Assembly (NCBI GenBank): GCA_030390025.1
Contig: CM059432.1
Location: 145,142,001 to 145,206,000 of the forward strand
From: Squalus acanthias
Taxonomy: Eukaryota
DNA: 64,000 bases
Direction: 5' to 3'
The translations under genes were made by a program, and so were the position numbers. The notes below the pieces were generated by a model. The model made no database searches, was not told the origin of the DNA, and saw only the letters and a program-made list of their open reading frames with translations. The stretch's first letter is position 1, and each line of letters begins with the position of its first letter. Positions 36,633 to 50,465 of the stretch are shown one piece after another.

Positions 36633-39600
36633 CTTATTTCAGATTTCCAGCATCCGCAGTATTGTGCTATTGTATTAGTGTTTGGTTCACTGCCACTTCT
36701 CTTCCAGGAATGCCCACCTTGAAGAAGTTCTGCTCTTCTCTCCGACGAGATTTCCGTTCATCTCTTCAACCTTGTTCATCTTCATTGCTTTCTGTTTCCC
36801 TTCTCATGTTTGATCAGGTATCTGTCAAGACTCATTTTCACAGCCATATCTCTTTCCTCAGCAACTGTCTCTGGTTCCGACATATTCTGCATGGATTCCA
36901 ACTGAAATTCCACCCTTCGTGTTTCGGAGCCACCCAGGATTATAGATATCTCCAAGATATTCAGCATTCCTCGAACTACTGCTCTCGCCGTATCCTGAGA
37001 TCCACGCTCAACGCCATGCATCGCCACATGAACACTCTCGACCTCTCTCTGCAGCAGCACCGACACACTCTATCTCAAAGCTGTCCTGGTCCACAATTCC
37101 ATTTCATCCTTCGACTCATCCGACGCTTAAACAAAAAACTTTTTTTATTCCTTTCAGAGGTCAAGGATCGCAAGCTTCAACAGCTCTTGGACACCAACGC
37201 CTCTCCGAAACCTTCTTCCCCTTCACTCTCCTCTGACCCTATCCCTTCTTCCAATCTCACCCCCTGCTGTGTTTTCACTACCCCCTCTGACCTTCCCCTC
37301 TCTGACCCCAAATGATCAGTCTTTCGCAAACAATTGAGCTTCATCCTCTAACGCCCCCCATCTCAATGAATTTCGAGCTCGGCATGACGCCGAGCTCTTT
37401 TCCGCCACCTTTGTCTCCGTGCCAACTTCTTTGGCCAGGAGTCTTCCCCCCCGCTTTCAGAATTCTCGGTCTACCTGGACCGCTCCCTCCGGCCTCTTAC
37501 CCGCTCTAGATCTTTTCATTGCTAACTGCTGGCGTGACATCAGCCATCTCAATTTCTCTGCTCCCCTCACTCACTCCAACCTACCGCCCTCTGAACTTGC
37601 AACACTCCGTTCTCTCCGATCCAACCCTAACATTGTCATTAAACCTGCTCACAAGGGTGGTGCTGTTGTTGTTTGGCGAACCGACCTCTACTGTGTGGAG
37701 GCTGAACGCCAACTCTCCGACACCTCCTCCTACCTCTGCCTGGACCATGACCCTACTACCGAACATCAAGCCATCGTTTCCAAGACTGTCACTGACCTCA
37801 CCTCCTCTGGAGATCTTCCCTCCATGGCCACCAACCTCATAGGCTCTCAACCCTGCACAGCCCGCTTCTACCTCCTTCCCAAGGTCCACAAACAGGACTG
37901 CCCTGGTAGACCCATTGTTTCAGCCTGTTCTTGCCCCACAGGACTGATTTCTTCCTATCTCGACTCTATTTTTTCTCCCCTTTTCCAGTCCCTTCCCACC
38001 TACATTTGCGACTCTTCTGACGCCCTCTGCCACTTTAACAGTTTCCAGTTTCCAACCGTCTCCTTTTCACTATGGACATCCAATCCCTCTACACCTCCAT
38101 CCCCCACCAGGATGGCATGAGGGCGCTCCACTTTTCCTTGAACAAAGGCCCAACCAGTCCCCATCCACCACCACCCTCCTCCGCCTGGCTGAACTTGTTC
38201 TCACATTGAACAATTTCTCCTTTGACTCCACTCACTTCCTCCAAATTAAAGGTGTTGCTATGGGCACCCGCATGGGCCCTAGCTATGCCTGCCTTTTCAT
38301 GGGATATGTGGAACATTCTTTGTTCCAGTTCTACTCAGGTCCCCTCCCTCACCTCTTTTTCCGGTACATTGATGACTGTATTGGTGCCGTTTCCTGCTCT
38401 CACCCTGAACTAGAAAATTTCAGTCACTTTGCTTCCAATTTCCACCCTTCCCTCACCTTCACATGGTCCATCTCTGACTCTTCCCTTCCCTTCCTCGACT
38501 TCTCTGTCTCCATTTCTGGGGATAGGCTATCGACCAATATCCACTATAAGCCCACTGACTCCCACAGCTACCTGGACTACACTTCCTCCCACCCCACTTC
38601 CTGTAAGGACTCTATTCCATTCTCCCAGTTTCTCCGTCTCCGCCGCATCTGTTCTGATGATGCCACCTTCCATACTAGTGCTTCCATACCAGTATGTCTT
38701 CCTTTTTCCTCAACCGAGGATTCCCCTCTACTGTGGTTGACACGGCCCTCGACCGTATCCATTCCATTTCCTGCACTTCTGCTCTCACCCCTTCCCCTCC
38801 CTCCCAGAACCACGATAGGGTTCCCCTTGTCCTCACCTTTCACCCCACCAGCCTCCACATTTAGCGGATCATCCTGCGCCATTTCCGCCACCTCCAGCGT
38901 GATCCCACCACCAAACACATGTTCCCCTCCCCCCCTTTCAGCATTCCGAAGGGACTGCTCCCTCCGTAACACCCTGGTCCACTCCTCTATCACCGCCAAC
39001 ACCCCTTCCCCTTCACCCGGCACCTTCCCATGCAAGCACAGGAGATGCAACACCTGCCCTTTTACCTCCCCCCTTCCCACTGTCCAGGGCCCCAAACACT
39101 CCTTCCAGGTGAAACAGCGATTTACTGAGATGAGGAGAAATTTCTTCACTCAGAGGGTGGTGAACCTGTGGAATTCTCTACCACAGAAGGCTGTGGAGAC
39201 CAAATCACTGAATATATTTAAGAAGGCGATAGATAGATTTCTAGACACAAAAGGCATCAAGGGGTATGGGGAGAGAGCAGAAATATGGTATTGAGATAGA
39301 GGATCAGCCATGATCATATTGCATGGCGGAGCAGGCTCGAAAGGCCAAATGGCCTACTCCTGCTCCTATTTTTCTATGTTTCCTTGTTTCTACTTGTACT
39401 TCTTACAATTTAGTATACTGCATATGATGCTCACGATGCGGTCTCCTCTACATCGGGGAGACCAAATGCAGATTGGGTGACCGCTTTGCGGAACACCTCC
39501 ATTCAGTCCGCCAGCGTGACCCTGAGCTTCCGGTCGCCTGTCATTTTAATTCTTCCCTCCACTCCCACTCTGATCTCTCCATCCTCGGCCTCTTACACTG

Positions 39601-40118
39601 TTCCAATGAAGCTCAACGTAAGCTCGAGGAACACCACCTCATCTTTCTATTAGGCACTTTATAGCCTTCTGGGCTTAACATCGAGTTCAACAATTTCAGA
39701 CTATATCCTCAACCCCTGTATTTCTTTATATATTTTAATTTTTTTCTCTTGTTTCCTCACATGGTAGCTGTTAATGATGCTGCCATCATCATTCACACCT
39801 CATCTAGAGTCATCTTTTGTTTCTTCACTTGTCCCATTACCTCTCCTTTTCCCTTGCACCATCATCCCTTTTGTCAGTCAATCTCTCCTGCCTTCCATCC
39901 TATCACAGACCTTCCCTTTGTTCTTCCCTCCCATCCTCCCTGCCCCTGCTTAAAAATCTCTCTTCCCTAAACTTTTCCAGTTCTGACGAAGGGTCCCCAA
40001 TTCGAAATGTTAACTCTGTTTCTCTCTCCTTGATGCTGCCTGACCTGCTGAGTGTTTCCAGCATTTTCTGTTGTTATTTCAGATTTCCAGCGTCCGCAGT
40101 ATTTTGCTATTGTATCTA
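36633..40118 (+). mobile_element. Penelope-like retroelement (RT plus GIY-YIG), frameshifted, with direct terminal repeats
   Basis: FYLLPKVHK..PGRPIVS, GVAMGTRMGPSYA, RYIDD, YIGET..LGDRFAEH; TTATTTCAGATTTCCAGC..GCAGTATT at both ends; CR1 tail inserted at 39127-39390. Confidence 0.9.
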
Positions 40119-41237
40119 GATTATACTTCTAGTGGCGTGGTGTTGACCTGCTTTTTTTTATTCCACCAGACTCCTGGGCTACTGGATCCTTGCTGGTTCC
40201 TTCTCCTTCTATCTATCCCCGTTTATCTGTTCACACACTCTCTGTGCCTCGTATATGTCTGTGTTTTCTCTCATTATGCCTCCTTTATTCTCCTACTAAT
40301 ATCACTTCTGCCATTTAAACATATCCTATTCTCCACCCAAGCACTTCAGAGATCATTCTATTTCTCTTTCTGTGTGTTTTCCCCCCCACCTTTTCCGTCT
40401 TTCCCTTATTCTGTTCCTTTTTAAATGTTGATCATCTGTAATATCTTCCAGTCCTGAGGAAGGGTCTAAGACCTGAAACGTTGACTCTGTTTCTCTCTCC
40501 ATGGATGCTGCCTGATCTGCTGAGTGTTTCCAACATTTTCTGTTGTTATGTCAGATTTCCAGCATCCACAGTAGGGTTTGCTGCTCATTTCTCAAGCAGG
40601 TTGCTGAAAGCCTTCCTGGATCTCAAGGCAAGGGTAGAGACCCCGAAATTCCACGCAGAGTTGTGCAGATTTTCGCCAATGTATCAGGAATTTCCGCCAC
40701 AGATGCTCCACAGGGCTGAATCTGGGAGGATTTCCTCTGTCGGCTCATTCACATAGCCATCACAGTTTGTCCAACACAAATGCGGTGTAAAATGGGCGTA
40801 AGGTGCTGGGGGTTCTTGTAGATTAGAATGCAGCCTTTAAAAAGCCAAGTCTGGCTGAAGATTTCAGCAGCAACACACTTTTTCACCCTCTAAAATTAGC
40901 AGCTGTACAACTAACTCTGACACTGTACTCAGGTTAAGGGGGCACTAAGTCAGTATGTGTCACCATCTCCCCGAACAGCAAGACATAACCTTCGAGCCCC
41001 TTCCTCCACCGGATGATAGCACCACATCCCTTACATCAGCTGTCTGAGGCGAGTCAGCCCTCAATCGCCCCGATGCCTGAAATGAGAAGCGGTACTTTTT
41101 AAAGTTTAAGGGACGATTCAACTTGCTGGCTGATAGCCCAGTGGGACGGCCATTGAACACCGGACACGTTAGCCACTTGGGCAACTCATTTAGAATCCTT
41201 TAGAATCCAATTCTTAGCCACCTCGTCGGAATGGGAT

Positions 41238-42325
41238 AACATAGAAACATAGAAGATAGGAGCAGGAGTAGGCCATTCGGTCCCTCGAGCCTGCTCCGCC
41301 ATTTAATGAGATCATGGCTGATCATCCAAACTCAGTACCCTGTCCCTGCCTTCTCCCCATATCCCTTGATACCTTTAGCCTTAAGAAATATATCTAACTC
41401 CTTCTTGAATATATTTACTGACTTGGCCTCAACTGCCTTCTGTGGTAGAGAATTCCACAGGTTCACCACTCTCTGGGTGAAGAAATTCCTCCTCATCTCT
41501 ATCCTAAATGGCTTACCCCTTATCTTTAGACTGTGACCTCTTGTTCTGGACTCACCTGCCATCGGGAACATCCTTCCTGCATCCAGTCTGTCTAGCCCTG
41601 TTAGAATTTTATAAGTTTCAATGAGATCTCCTCTCATTCTTCTAAACTCCAGCGAGTATAAGCCCAATCGACCCAATCTCTCCTCGTACGTCATTCCTGC
41701 CATCCCAGGTATCAGTCTGGTGAATCTTCACTGCACACCCTCCATGGCAAGAACATCCTTCCTCAGATAAGGCGACCAAAACTGCACACAATACTCAAGG
41801 TGTGGTCTCACCAAGGCCCTGTACAGCTGCAGCAAGACATCCTTGTTCCTGTACTCAAACCCTCTCGCTACAAAGGCCAACATACCATTTGCCTTCTTAA
41901 CCGCCTGCTGTACCTGCATGCTTACCTTCAGCGACTGGTGCACAAGGACACCCAGGTCTCGTTGCACTTCCCCTTCTCCCAATCTATTGCCATTCAGATA
42001 ATAATCTGCCTTTCTGTTTTTGCCACCAAAGTGGATAACCTCGCATTTATCCACATTATACTGCATCTGCCATGCTTCTGCCCAATCACCCAACCTGTCC
42101 AAATCATACTGGAGTTTCTCGGCATCCTCCTCGCAGCACACACACCCACCCAGCTTTGTGTCATCTGCAAACTTGGAGATACTACATCTAGTTCCCTCAT
42201 CTAGATCATTAATATATATAGTGAATAGCTGGGGTCCTAGGACCGATCCCTGCGGAACCCCACTAGTCACTGCCTGCCACTCGGAAAAAGACCCGTTTAT
42301 TCCAACTCTTTGCTTCCTGTCTGCT
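41238..42325 (-). mobile_element. Young 5'-truncated CR1
   Basis: Nearly intact RT C-terminal ORFs and tail. Confidence 0.9.
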
Positions 42326-42733
42326 CGAAGAGTAATGTTCAACCCTGTAATGGGGGGAAATGGAAAGCTGGACTTGTGATGGAAATGGCCCCATGAAATA
42401 TACCGTGAACAAGTCAAACTAGAGGCACTTGTTGCCGTTTCTATAGCATCGATGAAACAGCTTATAATTTACAGACATGCCTTTAATGTTCAGACTGCGA
42501 CTTGCCAACACTTCACTTTCTGGCCGGACCGTCAGTGTCCTGACCCTCTGCTTATGCCATTCACACCAGTTCTGACCAAAGGGTCATCGACCTGAAAGGT
42601 TAACTCTGTTTCTCTCTCCACAGAGGCCGCCTGACCTGCTGGGTATTTCCAGCATTCTCTCTTTTTATTTCACATCTTATGGTTTTGGAGCACTTTAAAA
42701 CCTGCCTGGGCACTTGCCGAGTTTATCCCTTCT

Positions 42734-42758
42734 GTGTGTGTGTGTGTGTGTGTGTGTG
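42734..42758. repeat. (TG)n microsatellite
   Basis: Direct inspection. Confidence 0.9.
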
Positions 42759-43908
42759 CACGTTTTACACATACTCAGAACAGATAGAGGAGGATCTCAA
42801 AGGAGCAGGAGGAGAGCTGGAGGGTTTGGGGAGGGAATTTTGAAACATGGGACCTAGCCGGCTGAAGGCACGGCCACCAATGGCGAGGCAAAGGGAGGAG
42901 GATCTGGAATATCCAGCAGGCGGTTCAAAATTGTTGTCTTCATGCACCGTACGGTTTGAAACCGCGCTTTCAAAATTGCCGGTGGGGAGTTAACAGCAGC
43001 AGTATCAGTTAGTTTTGGCAGACGCTTCGCGGCTAGGAGGTTGCTCCAGTGCTTTTCTGTCACACTGTAATGAAGATGAGAGCAGGAGCACAAAGGGGAT
43101 GTCAGATGGCACTGGGACGGGGCTCCTGACTCCTACCCGCCCAAGCTCAGCTCTCTGGCAATGACTGAGGAGCAGGTCTCCAGAGGGCCAGGGTCAGCAG
43201 CGAGGCAGTTTACAGAGCTTCTGCTGCAAGAGTTCTTGCCAGCCAACATGGAAAGGACCCTCCGTGCGGTTGTTGAGATGGCAACGGGCCTCGGTCTCTC
43301 CTCTCTGCCTCAGATAAGCCAGGGACAAATAAATGGCACAAAATGAGAGCAATGTGGATGCTACCTGGGAATCTCGAATGACACGGTCTCAGTGATCAAT
43401 AGCCTTCTTGAACCGCTGCAGTTCGTGTGCGGTGACGGCGCTGTTATGCAGGGAGTTCTAGGAGTTTGACCCAATGGCAATATATATTTCCAAGACGGGA
43501 TGGTGTGTGACTGGGAGGTGCTGGTGTTCCCATGCACCTGCTGCCCTTGTTCCTCTAGGTGGAGGTCGCTGATCTGGGATGTGCTGTCGATTTAATCACG
43601 TTGTCGCACAACGTTAAATTTACGAGGGCAAGAAGGCACCAACTTTTGGTTTTATAAATCCTCTTAAGAAGTGCTCTGGAGATTTCATCTTCCGCAGTAC
43701 AAACAATAAATATGTGATAGGTTAAAAGTCTGAGTGAAAGGCGTGGCTTGTCCGGCAGCTGCAGATACACCAAGAGACAACAGTCTGAACAGAGCCGCTC
43801 TGTATATGGCAGGAAGTCGAGTCACACACGGAATGCTGCGTTAGAGCCATTGCTCTTTTTATTCGATATAAATATTAATAGAAGTGACTCACACCTCAGA
43901 CAGACACC

Positions 43909-44337
43909 ATGTGGCCGCGTTCGATTGTTTTAGTGACATTTTTTCTCCGTAAATTAATTTATTTCTTTATTCAAGTTTCATGTGGTTTCATCAGACTGTA
44001 AAACAAGTTTGTAATCTGGTATTTCTTTCCCCGCAGATGGATGTTTGGCTCAAGATTTGAAACAGAATCAACTGTCAGTGACCAGGCCTAAGGGGAAAAG
44101 TGGTGCAATTACCTGTGACCTGGATGGCACTGTCGGCTCTGCTTACATCCACTGGTACAAACAGTCGGCAGGACAGCCGCCCGTCAGGGTGCTTTATTTC
44201 GATGGCAGCACTCGTCGGGATGCCGGGTTCGGTGAAAGGTTTGTAGCGGGGAAGACTGGACACAAACAGCACTTTCTGAATGTGGGCGACATAAAGGCAG
44301 AGGACGCCGCCACCTATTACTGCGCCTATTGGAAACT
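43909..44337 (+). CDS. TRGV: TCR gamma V segment 6 (leader 43909-43948, intron 43949-44036, V exon 44037-44337)
   Basis: Leader MWPRSIVLVTFFL; V domain AITC...YIHWYKQ...DAATYYCAYWK. Confidence 0.92.
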
Positions 44338-44376
44338 CACAGAGCTAAACAGCAATTGAATGCGCGTACAAAAACC
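44338..44376 (+). other. 23-RSS of V6
   Basis: CACAGAG + 23 nt + ACAAAAACC. Confidence 0.94.
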
Positions 44377-44439
44377 TTCAACACCCAGCAATTCAAAACA
44401 TCACAGAAACCACATCCGACAACTCACGGCTGAAAACTG

Positions 44440-47255
44440 CCTTACATTACAATCTTCCTTCAGATGAATTAATAGGGCAGATAGAAATTAATAGGTTTGA
44501 TCTAATAGCCATTACCGAGACGTGGTTGCAATGTGGCCAAGGTTGGGAACTAAACATTCCAGGATACTTAACTTTTAGAAGAGACAGGCAGAATGGAAAA
44601 GGAGGAGGGGTCGCCCTGATAATAAAGGATGGAATAAAGACAGTAGTGAGAAAGGATCTTAGCTCCGAAAATCAAGAAACAACAAGGGGCAGAAAACATT
44701 GGTGGGAGTTGTTTATAGGCCCCCAAACAGTAGTTGTAATGTAGGGCAGAGTATAAATCAGGAAATTAGAGGTGAATGTAACAAGGGTAATACAGTAATC
44801 ATGGGGGGACTTTAATCTACTTATAGACTGAGCAAACCAAATTTGCAGTAATAGTGTGGAGGACGAATTCATGGAATGTATGCAAGATAGTTTTCTAGAT
44901 CAGTATGTTGAGGAACCAACTAGCAAACGGGTTATTTTAGATCTAGTATTGTGCAATAAGAAAGGGTTAATTAATGACCTTGTAGTAAAGGGGCCTTTAG
45001 AGAAGAGTGACAGTAATGTGATAGAATTTTATATTGAGTTTGAAAGTGATTTAGTTAAATCCGAAATTAGGGTCTTAAATCTAAACAAAGCAAACTACGT
45101 GGGTATGAGGGGCGAGTTGGCTAAGGTAGATTGGGAAACTACATTAAAAGGTATGATGGTAAAGAAGCAATGGCTAGCATTTAAAGAATTCATACATAAT
45201 TTACAACAAATATACATTCCTTTAAGGCACAAAAACCCCACAGGAAAAGTGATCCAACTGTGGCTAACAAGAGAAGTTAAAGATAGCATTAGATCAAAGG
45301 AAGAGGCTTATAATGTTGCCAAAAAGTGTAGTAAGCCTGAGGATTGGGAGGATTTTAGAATTGAGCAAAGGAGGACCAAGAAATTGATAGAAAGGGAAAA
45401 TAGAATGTGTGTAAACTAGCGAGAGACATAAAAACAGATTGTAAAAGCTTCTATAGGTATGTAAAAAGGAAAAGATTAGCAAAAGTAAATGTGGGTCCCT
45501 TACAGGCTGAGACAGGAGAAATTATAATGAGGAATAAGGAAATGGCAGAGAAATTAAACAAATACTTTGTGTCTGTCTTCATGGAAGAAGACACAAAAAT
45601 ACTCCTGGAAATAGTTGAGAACCAAGGGAATGAGGAACTGAAAGAAATTAGTATTAGTAAAAAAATATTACTGGAGAAATTAATGGGACTGAAAGCTGAT
45701 AAATCCCCTGGACCCAATGGCCTACATCCTAGGGTTTTGAAAGAGGTGGCTATAGAGAGAGTGGATGCATTGGTTGTCATCTTCCTAAATTCCATAGATT
45801 CTAGAAGGATTCCTGCGGATTGGAAGGTTGCAAATGTAATTCCACTATTTAAGAAAGGAGGGAGAGAGAAAACAGGGAACTACAGACCAGTTAGCCTGAC
45901 ATCAGTAGTTGGGAAAATGCTAGAACCTATTATTAAGGACATGGTAACAGGGCACTTAGAAAATAATAATAGGATTGGGCAGAGTCAACACGGATTTATG
46001 AAAGGGAAATCATGTTTGACAAATCTGTTAGCGTTTTTTGAGGTTGTAACTAGCAGAATAGATAAGGGGAACCAGTGGATGTGGTTCATTTGGATTTTCA
46101 GAAGGCATTCAATAAGGTGCCACACAAGAGGTTATTAAACAAAATTCGGGCTCATGGGATTGGGGGTAATATACTAGCATGGATTGAGGATTGGTTAACG
46201 GACAGAAAAGAGAGAGTAGGAATAAACTGGTCATTTTGGGGTTGGCAGGCTGTAACTAATGGGGTACCGCAAGGATCAGTGCTTGGGCCTCAGCTATTCA
46301 CAATCTACATCAATGATTTCGATGAGGGGACCAAATGTAATATATTCAAGTTTGCTAATGATACAAAGCTGGGTGGGAATGTAAGTTGTGAGGAGGATGC
46401 AAAGAGGCTTCAAGGGGATATAGACAAGCTAAGTGAGTGGGCAAGAACATGGCAAATGGAATATAATGTGGAGAAATGTGAAATTTCCCACTTTGGTAGG
46501 AAAAATAGAAAAGCAGAGTATTTTTTAAATGGTGAGTGATTGGGAAATGTTGGTGTTCAGAGGGACCTGGGTATCCTTGTACACGAATCACTGAAAGTTA
46601 ACATGCAGGTACAGCAAGCAATTAGGAAAGCAAATGGTATGTTTGCCTTCATTACAAGAGGATTTGAATATAAGAGTAAAGATATCTTACTGCAATTATA
46701 TAGGGCCCTTGTGAGACCACACCCAGAGTATTGTGTACAGTTTTGATCTCCTTACCTAAGGAAGGATATACTTGCCATAGAGTGAGTGCAACAAAGGTTC
46801 TGGGATGGGGGTATTGTCCTATGAGGAGAGATTGAGTAGACTAGGCCTATATTCTTTAGAGTTTAGAAGAATGAGAGGTGATCTCATTGAAACATACAAA
46901 ATTCTTACAGGGCTTGACAGGGTAGATGCAGAGAGAATGTTTCCCCTGGCTGGGGAGTCTAGAAACAGGGGTCACAGTCTCAGAATAAGGGGTCGGCCAT
47001 TTAGGAATGCGATGAGGAGAAATTTCTTCACTCAGAAGGTGGTGAATCTTTGGAATTCTCTACCCCAGAAGGCTGTGGAGCCTCAGTCGTTGAGTATATT
47101 TAAGACAGAGATCGATAGAGTTTTGGATATTAAGGGATATGGGCTAGTGCAGGAAAGTGGAGTTGAGGTAGAAGATCAGCCATGATCTTATTGAATGGCA
47201 GATCAGGCTCGAGGGGCCAAATGGCCTACTCCTGCTCCTATTTCTTATGTTCTTA
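44440..47255 (+). mobile_element. CR1 ORF2 (EN-RT) decayed copy starting just after the V6 RSS
   Basis: [32 protein letters not shown] motifs and tail. Confidence 0.92.
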
Positions 47256-47887
47256 AAGGTTTACTCCCCTGAATATCATAAAAAATTACACAGAGTAAAC
47301 AGCTACCTTCACTGACCTGTTCATCCATTTACCTTTAGACCCCACCTGGAACATCACGAGCAGGAGAACCATTAACAGAACACAGGCAGTGCAATCAGGT
47401 GAAATGTCCCATTGTTGCTCCCCACAGACGGTAGTCAGGCAGTGCCCATCACCGCACTGACCCTGCCTGAGTCTAGCTCACCCATCACCCCATTGTTTTC
47501 TAGCCCCAACTGGTTCTCTGCCCCCAAAGGATCTAACTGGAGATCTTTGTTGTCATTTCCAAAACCTCCCCCTACCCTACCTCTGCAACCTTCCCCACTT
47601 TATATCCTGAGCCATGTCCTTTGGTCCTCCAACTCTGGCCTCTTGTACCTCTGTGCTCCATCATCATTCAGCCTCTAAGGTTTACTCTTTGGAACTCTTT
47701 TGCTAAACTCTTCCCCTTACTCCTCCTTGCACCACCTTTAGAAGTCTCCTCAAAATCTTTTTAATTCTTTACAACTGAGGCATAACTTCCTCATTTTTCA
47801 GCTGTCTCCGTTAACTCTTCCACTCCTGCTCAACAGTCATTTCTCCTTTAGGTAGCATCTTGGTGCTTTTTTTTACATTAAAGTTAT

Positions 47888-48925
47888 ATGAATAGGAACA
47901 TAGGAATGGATTGTAAAAGCTTCTATAGGTATGTGAAAAGGAAAAGACTGATGAAGGTAAATGTAGGTCCTTTACAGTCAGAGACGGGAGAATTTATAAT
48001 GGGGAATGAGGAAATGGCTGAGAAATTAAATAAATACTTTGTTTCTGTCTTCATGGAGGAAGACACAAAAAACCTCCCAGAAATAAGAGAAAACCAAGGG
48101 TGTGGCGAGAATGAGGAACTTAAAGAAATTAGTATTAGTAAAAAAACAGTACTAGCAAAATTAATGGGACTAAAAGTCAATAAATCCCAAGGATCGGATG
48201 ACCTACATCCTAGGGTTTTGAAAGAGGTGGCCATTGGGATAGTGGACGCATTGGTTGTCATCTTCCAAAATTCAATAGATTCTGGAACGGTTCCTGTAGA
48301 TTGGAGGATAGCAAATGTAACCCCGCTATTTAAGAAAGAAGGGAGAGAGAAAATGGGGAACTACAGACCTGTTAGCCTCACATCAGTAGTTGGGAAAATG
48401 CTGGAATCTATTATAAAGGATGCAATAACTGGGCACTTAGAAACTAATAGTAAGATTGGGCAGAGTCAACATGGATTTATGAAAGGGAAATCCTGTTTAA
48501 CAAACCTATTGGAGTTCTTTGAGGATGTAACTAGTGGAGTAGACAAAGCGGAACTGGTAGATGTGGTGTATTTGAATTGTCAGAAGGCCTTCGATAAGGT
48601 CCCACACAAGAGGTTGGTGAACAAAATTAGGGCACATGGAATTGGGGGTAATATACTAGCATGGATTGAGAATTGGTTAACAGACAGAAAACAAAGAGTA
48701 GGGATAAATGGGTCTTTTTCAGGATGGCAGGCTGTGACTAGTGGGGTACCGCAAGGATCGGTGCTTGGGCCCCAGCTATTCACAATCTATATCAATGATT
48801 TGGATGAGGGGACTAAATGTAACATTTCCAAATTTGCTGATGATACAAAGCTAGGTGGCAGTGTCAGTTGTGAAGAGGATGTGAAGAGGCTTCAAGGGGA
48901 TCTCGACAGGCTCAGTGAGTGGGTG
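47888..48925 (+). mobile_element. CR1 RT internal fragment
   Basis: About 345 aa of uninterrupted RT, then fused to a MITE remnant. Confidence 0.9.
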
Positions 48926-50465
48926 GCACTAATTAAAGGGCAGGTGCCGGGCGGCCTTTTTTTTTGGGCCGCCTGTCAACACCTGCCTCCTTTCGCCTCC
49001 TCATGCAGGATGCTGGCTGCGATCGGTCAGCCCGGCACTCCTCTTGAGTGCCAGGCTCTTTTCCCGGCACCCTGCTCCCCGGTTGTCCAGCAGGGCCCCG
49101 GGTGTGCTCTGCGCTAGGCCCCTCCCCTTTAATCAGGGCAGGGAGACCTGCAATACGTGCCGACGTGCGTGGCGCTGTTCAACGTAGTGCCGCGATATTG
49201 AATGGTAGCGCCCCAAGAGGGAGGGGGAGCGCTTCCAGTAGTGCCCTGCCTGCTGCTTGGGGTGTTATCACTCAATTTACGGTGCGGGGACGCTAACTTT
49301 TTCTGGGCGCTCAAAGTAGCGCCCTGGCTAGGTTAGCACCCCAAAGGGGGCACGACCCAATTTTTCCCCCCACTTGTCAGATCTCGTCAATCAGAGTACG
49401 TTCTCATGGCAAACTCATCCCTACTCTCTGTCTCCTTTCTCCCAACCAACTACCAACCCATTACAAAAGCAAAATACCGCAGAAGCTGGAAATTTGAAAT
49501 AAAAGCAGAAAATGTTGGAAATGCTCACCAGGTCAGGCAGTATCTGTGGAGCGAGAAACAGAGTTAATGTTTCAGGTCGATGACCTTTCATCAGAACTCA
49601 ATTACCAGCCCATGTTACCTCCAATTCCTTGAGCTTTAATTTTTGATAATAATCTCGTGTTATCAAAACTTTATCAAATACCTTCTGGAAGTCCACATAG
49701 ACAACATCCATAAACACTTCCCTGTCCACCATGTTAGTGACCTCTTCAAAAAGTCAACTAGATGAGTCAGATCTGACCTACCCTTCATAAATCCATGCTA
49801 AATCTCTTTGATCAGCTCATACTTGTCCAAGTGCTCAGTCACTCTGTCCCTGAAGACAGACTCCAGTAACCTCCCCTCAATTTCTGACTCTAGAGGTTTT
49901 GTGGATTCGTGACTAACACATCTGTAATTTCCTCACCCATTTCTTTTAATATCCTAGGTGGAAACCACCAGGTCCTGGGGATTTATTTATCTTAAGTTTC
50001 ATTACTTTCATAATTATCATTTGTTTTTACCAAGCTCCTCCCCTTGACTTATTTTTAGGTTACCTTGTACCTGTTCATTCATTGACATATTTTCTCCTTT
50101 GCTACTGTGAAAATGGATACAAAATACTCGTTTGCCAAGTCTGCCATTTCCTTATTATCCCTTATAGTCTCACCTGCATCTGCCTTTAATGGGCCCACAA
50201 TTCCGAACTGGCAGTCTTCCTGTCGTCCCCCCAAGGGCAATGAAACAAAGGACAGATTATAAATGCATGATCAAAATCTTACATTACTCGTCCCTCTGAC
50301 GCCGGATGTGTACCGGGGACCTTCATGGGTGAAGAGTACGGGCTGGATCCAGCAAGGGGCCGATCACCCAGCTCGCATTGGGTGAGAGCGGCCGAGGTCA
50401 CTTCCCGTTTAGCAGGGGCCGGGCGTAGGCATTTCTACAGAAAGCAGCCCCAGGACAGGACAGCA

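Noticed and set aside
47888-49117. 409-aa ORF as a host gene or domesticated RT
   Set aside because: Internal CR1 RT fragment reading into a MITE remnant, with many near-identical paralogs in the window
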